The notes beneath the pieces were generated by a model that worked only from the letters and a program-made list of their open reading frames with translations, was not told where the DNA came from and searched no databases. Positions 49,585-57,486 of a DNA stretch of 64,000 nucleotides are shown here, piece by piece. A program made the position numbers and the translations under genes. Origin of the DNA: an uncultured Clostridia bacterium (GTDB taxonomy: Bacteria; Bacillota; Clostridia; Christensenellales; Pumilibacteraceae); the NCBI GenBank assembly GCA_947178255.1, contig CAMWXP010000002.1, forward strand, positions 17,421 to 81,420, given 5' to 3'. Within the stretch, counting starts at the first letter, position 1. Every line of letters starts with the position of its first letter.

Positions 49585-49627
49585 AAAACAAAAACGGCGT
49601 AAATCCGCAATTGGACTTACGCCGTTT
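49585..49627 (-). terminator. terminator-like hairpin in MATE 5' leader (attenuator candidate)
   Basis: 15-bp stem plus UUUUGUUUU, between promoter 49649-49677 (TTGACA-N17-TATAAT) and the RBS. Confidence 0.65.
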
Positions 49628-49769
49628 AAGCAACTCATTGATACGATTATTATATGCTTTTGATTGCAAAATGTCAAGCAATTTAAAATTCACAATAAAT
49701 TCTTTTTCGACGGTGCGTATATTGTGAGTTACTGTGCGCCGTTTTTCGTGCCGCACTACTCATCTGTGT

Positions 49770-49829
49770 GCCACTTCGACCAAAGCAAAAGACCACCTTA
49801 TAGGTGGTCCTTGCTTTGGTCGAAGTGGC
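49770..49829. repeat. 28-bp inverted repeat including the tRNA 3' end
   Basis: GCCACTTCGACCAAAGCAA..GACCACCT / AGGTGGTC.TTGCTTTGGTCGAAGTGGC. Confidence 0.9.
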
Positions 49830-49892
49830 GAGACTCGAACTCGCGGCCTCATGGTCCCGAACCATGCGCGCTACCAACTGCGCTACACCTCG
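49817..49892 (-). tRNA. tRNA-Pro (CGG), CCA encoded
   Basis: 76-nt cloverleaf; anticodon arm CATGG-TTCGGGA-CCATG; T-loop GTTCGAG; promoter TTGACA-N17-TAAAAT at 49913-49941. Confidence 0.96.
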
Positions 49893-49978
49893 ACGGCATT
49901 TAACGTAACAATATTTTACAACATAGTATTGATTTTGTCAAATGCTTTATCGGGAATTATTTAAACAGTAATTATCTT

Positions 49979-50731
49979 TTACTTTAAGTTCTTTTCTATC
50001 GCGTGCGCCACAACCGCGGTATAGTAGTCTGAAATATCGCCGTTCACCGTTTTCCACGGCGTTACTTTTTCCGCTTTGGCGTCGAAAACGTGATACAGTC
50101 CGATATTCCCGCCTATCGCGCGCCGCAGTGAAAAGAAAGTGCTTTGATAATATTCCACGTAGTCCACAAACTCTATGCCGAGCGCGCTCGTCAGCTTGGT
50201 CATTTTTATCAGCAGCTTCAACCTATCCGGCGACGGCAAAGTCTTTTGAGTGTTAAGTCGCGGCTCTAACCGCATAAGCACAATCTTTTGCGCATTGCGC
50301 CTGCACGCGATAGACGCAAGCTCTCTTATGCGCTCGTCCATACCCAGTCTTTCCGCGTGGTACACTCTGTACTTTTTATCCAAGCACACGCACACGTCGG
50401 ATGGGTTGTATTCGTTCATAAAGTACACTGCGGCGTACTCCGCAATTTCGCGCTCGGTCGTCAGAGCTAAGCCTTTTACCGCGCGAAGCTGGGCTTGGCG
50501 TTGCAGCGGGCGCATGACCGTAAAGAACGTCGCAACTCTATCGGTCATACCGTCTATCTGCATCAGCTCCTCGTGCGACGCCGAAAATATGCCCGATACG
50601 CTGCCGAACCGCTCGACAAGCCGCCAAGCCAAGTCGTCGCTTTCGTGTTCGTACAGCACCTTCAAGCAAAACTGCAACATGCCGATATCGCTGTTTTCTA
50701 TTTGAATAAGCTGTTTTTCGCTTTTACTCAT
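49979..50731 (-). CDS. second RadC-like protein with degenerate JAB domain
   Basis: LVERFGSVSGIFSASHEELMQIDG HhH; HNHP replaced by RLEP, LDH by VDY. Confidence 0.65.
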   Translation of the reverse strand: MSKSEKQLIQIENSDIGMLQFCLKVLYEHESDDLAWRLVERFGSVSGIFSASHEELMQIDGMTDRVATFFTVMRPLQRQAQLRAVKGLALTTEREIAEYAAVYFMNEYNPSDVCVCLDKKYRVYHAERLGMDERIRELASIACRRNAQKIVLMRLEPRLNTQKTLPSPDRLKLLIKMTKLTSALGIEFVDYVEYYQSTFFSLRRAIGGNIGLYHVFDAKAEKVTPWKTVNGDISDYYTAVVAHAIEKNLK

Positions 50732-50740
50732 TCACCGTCC

Positions 50741-50900
50741 TGAGCTGCCGATTAAGTGACGCGAGAAAAATTGCGTCGGAAATTTTTGTGATACGAAGGA
50801 TATGCATTGTGGTCGTAGCGGCGCTACGTCCGCAATGCATAGACGCGCGTAGCGCGAAAATTTACAGCAAGTTTGCCGCACGAACTTAATCGGCAGCTCA
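50741..50900. mobile_element. 160-bp nested palindrome (MITE/REP-like), non-autonomous
   Basis: perfect 17-bp terminal inverted repeats TGAGCTGCCGATTAAGT; symmetric inner stems; overlaps dnaB stop. Confidence 0.55.
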
Positions 50901-52454
50901 ATCCAACAATCCCGCATCGGTAGGGTCAAAGTCACCGTCTCCGACACCGCCTTTCGGGTCGTCGTAGTCGTACACAGAATCGGACGGCGGGGGCGCGGAT
51001 TCCTCGAAGCCGGAGTCCCTGCCCGAATAATATGCGGGCATTTCGGGCGTACCCTTGTCGTCGGGCGAAGTAAACGTGGTGGTAGCGGCGTGCCACAGCA
51101 GCTTGACGTTGCCCGTTTCGCCGTTGCGGTGCTTTGCTATATTCAGGTACACCTCGCTTGTTGCAGGCTTTTCGCCGTTATTGTTGCCGCCGGGAACCTC
51201 CTTGCGGTCGATGAACAAAACGATATCCGCGTCTTGCTCGATAGCGCCCGAATCGCGCAGGTCGGACAGCTTGGATTCCTTGTCCGCGCCCTTGCGCTGT
51301 TCTATACTACGCGACATTTGAGAAAGCAACAGTATGGGCACGTTAAGCTCCTTTGCCGCCAGCTTTAACGCGCGCGTGATTTCCGCGATTTCGCGTACAA
51401 AGTTATCTACCTTTTTGCCGCTCTGCATTAATTGAAGGTAGTCTATCATTATAAAGTCCAGACCCTTGGAATGTTTGAGCGCGCGGCACTTGCTGAGTAT
51501 TTCCGCGGGCGTGATGTTGCCCGATTCATCTATGTAAAGATTGGTCCTTACCAGCTCGTCGCGAGCGGAATACAACCGGTCCCACTCCTGCTCGTTGACT
51601 ACGGCGCGGTTAGCGCGCGACATGTCGTAGTTACCCACCGAGCAAAGTATACGCTTGGCAAGCTGAGTCGCGCTCATTTCGAGCGAGAACACCGCAACAG
51701 AGTACGGCTTGCCCGTATCGGGCCGCCTACGCCGCGCTGCGTTTACCGCGCAGTTCATTGCAAAGCTGGTCTTGCCCTGACCGGGACGGGCTGCCAGGAT
51801 AATAAGGTCGCTGTTTTGAAAGCCGCCGCCGAGTATGCTGTCCACCTTGGAAAATCCTGTCGGCACACCGCGGTACGCAGTCGTTTCGGTGGCGCGCTGT
51901 TTAAGGTCTTCCAGCACTGTTTGTACGTAGCCTTCAAGCCGCTCGGGCTTGCCGCGCCTTGTCGATTCCGCCAGTCCGTACAGCGACGCTTCCGCGCGGG
52001 CAAGCGCACTGTCGTCGGGATCGAGGGCGTATGCCTCGTCCGCCATTTTGCGCGCAATGTCTATAATGGCACGAAGCCGCGCCGTCTTTTTTACAATATC
52101 AAAGTAATACTCGGAGTTGGCAACCGACGGCACCGCCGCTATCATCTTGGAAAGATAATCTACGCCACCTGCGCGTTCCAGCGTGCCGCTGTTTTCCAGC
52201 GCACCCACGACGGTTACAAAGTCGATAGGCTTTGCCGCGTTAAAAAGATCGGCCAGCGCCTCGTACACATGCTTGTGCGCGGGCGTGTAAAAATCGTCGG
52301 CACTGAGCTGCGGCATAAACTTGCTTGCCGTCTGCCCGTCGATGAGCATGCCGCCGATAAGCGCAATCTCCGCCTCGTAATTATTGGGCGTTTCGCGCGC
52401 CACTACGTGCGGGTGGTTCTTTATAAATTCTTCTCTATCGTCTTTTTTAGGCAT
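50898..52454 (-). CDS. dnaB: replicative DNA helicase
   Basis: AARPGQGKT, FSLEM, IDYLQLM, LSQMSR, SDLRDSGAIEQDAD, KHRNG. Confidence 0.96.
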   Translation of the reverse strand: MPKKDDREEFIKNHPHVVARETPNNYEAEIALIGGMLIDGQTASKFMPQLSADDFYTPAHKHVYEALADLFNAAKPIDFVTVVGALENSGTLERAGGVDYLSKMIAAVPSVANSEYYFDIVKKTARLRAIIDIARKMADEAYALDPDDSALARAEASLYGLAESTRRGKPERLEGYVQTVLEDLKQRATETTAYRGVPTGFSKVDSILGGGFQNSDLIILAARPGQGKTSFAMNCAVNAARRRRPDTGKPYSVAVFSLEMSATQLAKRILCSVGNYDMSRANRAVVNEQEWDRLYSARDELVRTNLYIDESGNITPAEILSKCRALKHSKGLDFIMIDYLQLMQSGKKVDNFVREIAEITRALKLAAKELNVPILLLSQMSRSIEQRKGADKESKLSDLRDSGAIEQDADIVLFIDRKEVPGGNNNGEKPATSEVYLNIAKHRNGETGNVKLLWHAATTTFTSPDDKGTPEMPAYYSGRDSGFEESAPPPSDSVYDYDDPKGGVGDGDFDPTDAGLLD

Positions 52455-52468
52455 AATATCCTCCGGAT

Positions 52469-52503
52469 AATTAAGAATTCGGAATTCGGAATTCGGAATT
52501 ATG
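52469..52503. repeat. heptamer array (AATTAAG/AATTCGG x3/AATTATG)
   Basis: between upstream stop and dnaB RBS; flanked by a GGATAATTA direct repeat. Confidence 0.8.
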
Positions 52504-52508
52504 GATAA

Positions 52509-53420
52509 TTAATTTAATTTACTTGGCAGGTTACTGTCGTAATCGCGGTACTGTTCGGGGTTGTACGGAAATCTGTCGAGCAGCGTGGGCTTTTGTTTTT
52601 TGGTGCGGGTAATAAGTATTATGAGCCCGAACACCAGCGCACCCGCCGCAATCGCGACCATGTACCAGCCGTACGGCACAGCGCCCTTGTACTTGTATTG
52701 AATATACGTGTCGGTGTCGTCGAAGTACCGCGAAAACACGTACGCCGTACCCCTATCGTCTTTTACCTTTTGCCCCGAGCTTTCCATTCGGTCCGAGCCG
52801 TACCGCACGTAATTGAGCAGCAATCCGTCGGGGTTGACGCTTTTAAGATAGGGAAACGCTTCGTCTATCGCGTGAAGGGACACCACCGTTTCGCCGTGTT
52901 CATTGCGAGCGACCGCGCCGTTTTTTATCCGTTCGAGGACTGTGGACGAGCGCAGCGGCTGAACGTTGTCGTAGTTTTCGCGCACGCCGTTGAACGGATT
53001 TGCCGACGTTGCGGTATACGTGCGTATAAACGGATTTTCCGTGTGCGTTGTGGTAAAGTCAACTTTGGTGCCGAGCGCTACAAGCTCGCCGCCGTCAGTC
53101 ACCTGCTTGCGGTAACGCACGACGTACTTTCCGTCGGTATTCGACGCGCTTACCAACGTATAGTCGTAATCGGCGAACAGTCGCGCAAAATAGCCCTGCA
53201 CGGTATACTTGTTGCCGTTTACGTCGTTAATAGCAGAGCGCTCCATGCCTTCCTTTGTTTGGTTGTCTATACTGAGCTCGTACATATGGTAACGCACGCC
53301 GTCCTCGGTATAGTCGTAGACCGAAAGGGTCGCGCTGCAGCCCGTTAGCAGCAGCGCGCAAAAGCAAACCGCGATAAGCATTATTATCCGCTTGGATTTT
53401 TTAATTCGGTCAAAAAGCAT
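52509..53420 (-). CDS. hypothetical lipoprotein with C-terminal TM anchor
   Basis: lipobox LTGC; TAATG coupling to pepF; C-terminal hydrophobic helix. Confidence 0.65.
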   Translation of the reverse strand: MLFDRIKKSKRIIMLIAVCFCALLLTGCSATLSVYDYTEDGVRYHMYELSIDNQTKEGMERSAINDVNGNKYTVQGYFARLFADYDYTLVSASNTDGKYVVRYRKQVTDGGELVALGTKVDFTTTHTENPFIRTYTATSANPFNGVRENYDNVQPLRSSTVLERIKNGAVARNEHGETVVSLHAIDEAFPYLKSVNPDGLLLNYVRYGSDRMESSGQKVKDDRGTAYVFSRYFDDTDTYIQYKYKGAVPYGWYMVAIAAGALVFGLIILITRTKKQKPTLLDRFPYNPEQYRDYDSNLPSKLN

Positions 53421-55192
53421 TAAGCGAGTTTTTCCAATTCGTCGAGCGCATCGTTGAAGAACTTGAACGCGTCGTCGTACGGCTTGGGTTGCGCCAAATC
53501 GACCTGCGTGTCGCACAGAATGTCGTACGGCGATTTATGCCCGCCAGCGCTGAGGAACTTGGTCTTGTAAATATCCACGTAACCGTCGCGCGACAAAATG
53601 TTGTGCGCAATGCTGGTTGCCGCAGTCATGCCGGTGGAATACTTGTACACGTAAAACGCCTTGTAGAAGTGCGGGATACGCGCCCACTCATAAGCGATTT
53701 TGTCGTCGGAAACAACATGCTCGCCGTAGTACTTTTTGTTAAGCTCCAAGTACATTTCGCTGAGGTTATCCACCGTGAGCGGCGTGCCCTCCAAATCCAT
53801 CTTGTGCGCGTTGTACTCGAACTCGGCAAACATAGCCTGACGGAATACCGTCGTGCGGAACCTGTTCAGTCTAAGGCTGAGCAAATATTTTTTGACGTTG
53901 TCGTCCTTTACGTTTTTGGTCAGGTAGTCGTCAAGCAGCGTTTCGTTGCAAATGGACGCGACCTCGGCTACGAAAATCCTGTAATCCCACTTGGAATACG
54001 GCTGGTTGTTTTGCGAATAGTAGGAATGCATGCAGTGTCCTAACTCATGCGCCAGCGTAAAGATATCCTCGGTAGTGGGTGCATAGTTTAAAAGCACATA
54101 CGGGTGCGCGCTGTAAGCCGACCAGCTGTACGCGCCGCCGCGCTTGCCGTCGTTGGGCATGACGTCTATCCAGCCCTCGGTCATTGCACGGTTGAGCAGC
54201 TGTACGTAGTCCTCGCCCATCGGCGCCATTGCCGCCTTGACCATATCGCATGCCTTTTCGTACGGAAGCTTCATTTCGGCGTTCTCGACAATAGGCACGT
54301 ACAAGTCATACATGTGCTGGTCTTTAAGCCCGAGTATCTTTTTGCGCAAGCCGATATAACGGTGCAACGGCGCAAGATTGCGGTTTACCGCCTCAATAAG
54401 ATTGGTGTATACCGACGTGGGCACGCCGTCGCCGAAAAGCGATTGCTCCAAGCAGTCGCCGTAGCCGCGCGCCTTGGCGTAAAAGTTGTCCGCCTTGACG
54501 TTGCCCGCATAGTTGGCGGCAAACGTGTTGATGTGCGCGATATATCCGTCGTAAAGATTGTTGAACGCCTTTTTGCGCACGGCACGGTCGGAGTCGGACA
54601 ACAGCTCGCCGTAGCTGCCGTTGTTAAGCTCTATCTTTTTGCCGTCCTTGGTGACCGGCTTGAATTTTAAATCGGCGTCGTACAGCATGTGCGCTACGTT
54701 GTAAGTGGCGTTGAGCGCCTCGCCCGCCATGGCGAGAAGCTTCTCCTCCTTGTCCGAAAGTATGTGCGCCTTTTGCCGCACTACCTCTTTAAGCATAAAG
54801 TCGAAGTCGGAAAATTCGGGGTCGGCAATGTACGCGTCCAGCACCTTTTGGTCGAGCGCGCCGAGCTCGCTGCTTATGAACGACGCCGCCGCGCCGTACT
54901 TGCCCGCCAAGCCCTCCGTGCGCGAAGCCAAGCCGACGGCACCGCCGTTGGTGGAATCCTCGTCGCGGTACATATGCGAATAGATATATATAAGCTCGAA
55001 CTTTTTGGACACCTCGGCGTCCAGCTTTAAACAGCCGAGTGCGTCGTCGCGGTTATTCAGCTTGCCCTTGTACGCCTCGATTTGCGAGAGCGCACCCTCT
55101 ACCTCGCCGTACAGCTTTTCAAAAGTCTCGACACTGTCCACCATGGCAGACAAATCCCAATGATACTTCTTTTCCACTTCGTTTCTTTTCAT
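53420..55192 (-). CDS. pepF: oligoendopeptidase F
   Basis: GKRGGAYS, HELGHCMH, VAEVAS, IPHFYKAFYVYKY. Confidence 0.95.
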   Translation of the reverse strand: MKRNEVEKKYHWDLSAMVDSVETFEKLYGEVEGALSQIEAYKGKLNNRDDALGCLKLDAEVSKKFELIYIYSHMYRDEDSTNGGAVGLASRTEGLAGKYGAAASFISSELGALDQKVLDAYIADPEFSDFDFMLKEVVRQKAHILSDKEEKLLAMAGEALNATYNVAHMLYDADLKFKPVTKDGKKIELNNGSYGELLSDSDRAVRKKAFNNLYDGYIAHINTFAANYAGNVKADNFYAKARGYGDCLEQSLFGDGVPTSVYTNLIEAVNRNLAPLHRYIGLRKKILGLKDQHMYDLYVPIVENAEMKLPYEKACDMVKAAMAPMGEDYVQLLNRAMTEGWIDVMPNDGKRGGAYSWSAYSAHPYVLLNYAPTTEDIFTLAHELGHCMHSYYSQNNQPYSKWDYRIFVAEVASICNETLLDDYLTKNVKDDNVKKYLLSLRLNRFRTTVFRQAMFAEFEYNAHKMDLEGTPLTVDNLSEMYLELNKKYYGEHVVSDDKIAYEWARIPHFYKAFYVYKYSTGMTAATSIAHNILSRDGYVDIYKTKFLSAGGHKSPYDILCDTQVDLAQPKPYDDAFKFFNDALDELEKLA

Positions 55193-55249
55193 GTTAAATA
55201 CTCCTTGTCAAAATAGTATAGCATAACGACAAGGATAAGGCAAGTATTC

Positions 55250-55281
55250 AATTAAGAATTAAGAATGCAGAATTAAGAATT
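55250..55281. repeat. heptamer array (AATTAAG/AATGCAG)
   Basis: just upstream of pepF promoter TTGCCT-N17-TATACT (55215-55243). Confidence 0.8.
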
Positions 55282-55284
55282 AAA

Positions 55285-55372
55285 AATAAGGTTGAGATTC
55301 TTCACTGCGTTCAGAATGACAAAATTAAATTTTTTTGTCATTCCGAGCAACGCGAGGAATCTCATCCTTATT
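55285..55372. repeat. REP-like inverted doublet (TGTCATTCCGAGCAACGCGAGGAATCTC type)
   Basis: long imperfect hairpin; half copy at 57390-57416. Confidence 0.7.
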
Positions 55373-56337
55373 TATTTCAACATACTAATCAGCTTCAACC
55401 GACGGAAGGGCGAAAAGTCCATGCTTATAAGCGCGTGCGAGCAAAGGGACGCGCACACCGAATAGCCCTGCTCATGCTCGAAGTAATGGCAGCCCGCGTA
55501 CTTGGGCAGCGTGTGTGCGAGCGGCGGACGAATAACGTCAAACCCCGCCGCTTCGATAGTTTTTGCTTTGTCCGTTTTGCACAACGCAAAAAACGATGCG
55601 TCGCCCTTGACGGGCGGCATAACGCAGTCGAGCGCCGAGAGCAGCGCCGAAAGATTGGCTTTGTTTCGCTCGTGAATTTTGGGCAATACCGACATGTACG
55701 CGCAAGCGAGCGCCGCCGAATAATTGTTAAGCCTGTAATCGTGGTTTTCGCCGTCGGTATATTCGTAGCGCGCAAACTGCCGCGCCGCAGTATAATCGTC
55801 GCCGCACGCCACGGCTCCGCCGCCGCCCTCCGACCCGAAGCCGATAACCGCGTAATCGCCGTCGTACCGTCCGCCGCACAATACATGTGCGCACAGCTCG
55901 ATTGTCGGCACGTTCCACGCCTTACACATGGGGATGAGCTTGTCGTAGTCGGCTACGCTGCCGAACGCGTTGTCTATAATTACCGCTTTTGGCGGCTTGT
56001 TTTGCAGGCTCGCCCAAACAAGCGCCGTTTCCAATGCAAGCGGCGAAACGCACCGCGTTTCGGGATCGCAATCCAAAAACACAGGCACCGCGCCCATGTT
56101 CGTCACGGGCGCAAGATACGAATAAAATGTGAACGTGGGTACAAAAACGTAGTCGCCGCTTTGTACGCCGCAAAGGTGCAACGCCGTATGCACCCCGCCG
56201 TCAAACGTGCTTACCGCCACGGCGCTCTTTCCCGTCGCGGCAGACAGCTCACGCTCCAACCTAGACACGTAGTCCGTGCCGCCCAGCGCGTCGTTTATCG
56301 CCGCCGCCGCTTCCCCTTGTCTGTCTATGAAAATCAT
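55372..56337 (-). CDS. DegT/DnrJ/EryC1 aminotransferase-like protein, catalytic residues apparently lost
   Basis: ALHLCGVQSGDYV, GAVPVFLDC, YRLNN; IEDAA replaced by IELCA; no SFxxxK lysine. Confidence 0.7.
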   Translation of the reverse strand: MIFIDRQGEAAAAINDALGGTDYVSRLERELSAATGKSAVAVSTFDGGVHTALHLCGVQSGDYVFVPTFTFYSYLAPVTNMGAVPVFLDCDPETRCVSPLALETALVWASLQNKPPKAVIIDNAFGSVADYDKLIPMCKAWNVPTIELCAHVLCGGRYDGDYAVIGFGSEGGGGAVACGDDYTAARQFARYEYTDGENHDYRLNNYSAALACAYMSVLPKIHERNKANLSALLSALDCVMPPVKGDASFFALCKTDKAKTIEAAGFDVIRPPLAHTLPKYAGCHYFEHEQGYSVCASLCSHALISMDFSPFRRLKLISMLK

Positions 56338-56352
56338 AGATATAGTATGTAC

Positions 56353-56384
56353 AATTATGAATTCGGAATTCGGAATTAAGAATT
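56353..56384. repeat. heptamer array
   Basis: AATTATG AATTCGG AATTCGG AATTAAG AATT in a 63-bp intergenic gap. Confidence 0.8.
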
Positions 56385-56400
56385 GAAAATAAGGTTTAGG

Positions 56401-57159
56401 TTAAAACACAAATTTTCTTAGCAGGGCGAATGTGACAAGCAGCGCGACGATAGCGACGCCCACGCAAATAAATATAATGGTCGTCTTTTTGGACTTTTGC
56501 TCGTCATGGCCCTCTTTACCGTAAATCTTGCGGTTGACCGAATTTATCATTCGGGATATGCGCTTGTACACCAACAGCGTTACCACTATCGCCACTAAGC
56601 AGCGCAAAAGGTTGAACGGTAGCACCGACACCCACAAATAAAAATTGTAAAAGGTTTCCTTTGTGCATGCGGGGAACAGCGGCTTCATCATGCCGATAAG
56701 CCCCTCCCAATTCCCGCCGAAAAACAATTGAAGGTAAAACGGCACAAGCACCAGCCAATTTATGAGTATAGCGACGGTAACCTCCACCGCCGTGCCTATT
56801 GCCATAGCGACAAGTGCGCCCTTAAAGGTGCGGTGTCTTTTGTATATTATGCCTGCGGTGACGGCGAACGCGCACGAAGTAATGAGGTCGGACAACTCGC
56901 CCACGAACATTGTGGTAGTGCCATCGATTACGAGCTTGATAAGTATTTCCACCACCACTATTACCCCACCCGACATCGGCCCGAGCGTGAACGAGCCTAT
57001 AAGTATGGGAATGTCGGACAGCTTGAACTCCAAAAAGCTCGGAAAGGCAAACGGCAGTTTAAAATTGAGTATATACAACACCCCCGCGACGCTGGCAAAC
57101 ATTGCGATAAACGCTATATGCGTTGAGCTTATACCTTGCTTTGTGTTTTGATTTGACAT
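56401..57159 (-). CDS. ribU: ECF transporter S component, riboflavin-specific
   Basis: FLEFKLSDIPILIGSFTLGP, GELSD, LPFNLLR; FMN riboswitch upstream; extra C-terminal TM. Confidence 0.85.
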   Translation of the reverse strand: MSNQNTKQGISSTHIAFIAMFASVAGVLYILNFKLPFAFPSFLEFKLSDIPILIGSFTLGPMSGGVIVVVEILIKLVIDGTTTMFVGELSDLITSCAFAVTAGIIYKRHRTFKGALVAMAIGTAVEVTVAILINWLVLVPFYLQLFFGGNWEGLIGMMKPLFPACTKETFYNFYLWVSVLPFNLLRCLVAIVVTLLVYKRISRMINSVNRKIYGKEGHDEQKSKKTTIIFICVGVAIVALLVTFALLRKFVF

Positions 57160-57165
57160 AATAAA

Positions 57166-57189
57166 ACTCCCCAATACGCTTTGGGGAGT
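57166..57189 (-). promoter_or_regulatory. expression-platform hairpin sequestering the GGGGAG RBS
   Basis: ACUCCCCA/UGGGGAGU stem followed by UUUU. Confidence 0.65.
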
Positions 57190-57211
57190 ACGCAATACTA
57201 ACATCATACAA

Positions 57212-57334
57212 AATCCTTTTATCATCCGGACTGTACCGTCGGTTTGGGAATTTCACCCAATCGGGAACGCCTATATCGGCGTTCTTAGTGGACTTTTACC
57301 ACCGGTGGGGAATTTCACCCCGCCCCAAAGAATA
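57212..57334 (-). ncRNA. FMN riboswitch
   Basis: GGGGCGGGGUGAAAUUCCCCACCGGUGG...GGGUGAAAUUCCC AAACCGACGGUACAGUCCGGAUG; promoter TTGACA-N17-TATAAT at 57345-57373. Confidence 0.93.
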
Positions 57335-57430
57335 CTGTAAAATTATTATATATAATGGGTTACGCATTGTCAAGCATATTTAAGGTTAAGACTCTTCGCT
57401 TTGCTCAGAATGACAAAAAATTTGACAAGC

Positions 57431-57462
57431 AAAAACCGCTACGCAAGTTGCGTAGCGGTTTT
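57431..57462 (-). terminator. terminator
   Basis: AAAACCGCTACGCAA-G-TTGCGTAGCGGTTTT. Confidence 0.8.
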
Positions 57463-57486
57463 GAAAGTTGATGTTGCAAAAAGTTA

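Noticed and set aside
46545-49892. Intact integrative element at tRNA-Pro
   Set aside because: No integrase and no direct repeat of the tRNA 3' end found by eye; only the inverted copy
49683-49964. Small ORFs over the tRNA (49683-49877 -, 49664-49903 +, 49734-49964 +)
   Set aside because: Spurious translations of the tRNA and its hairpin
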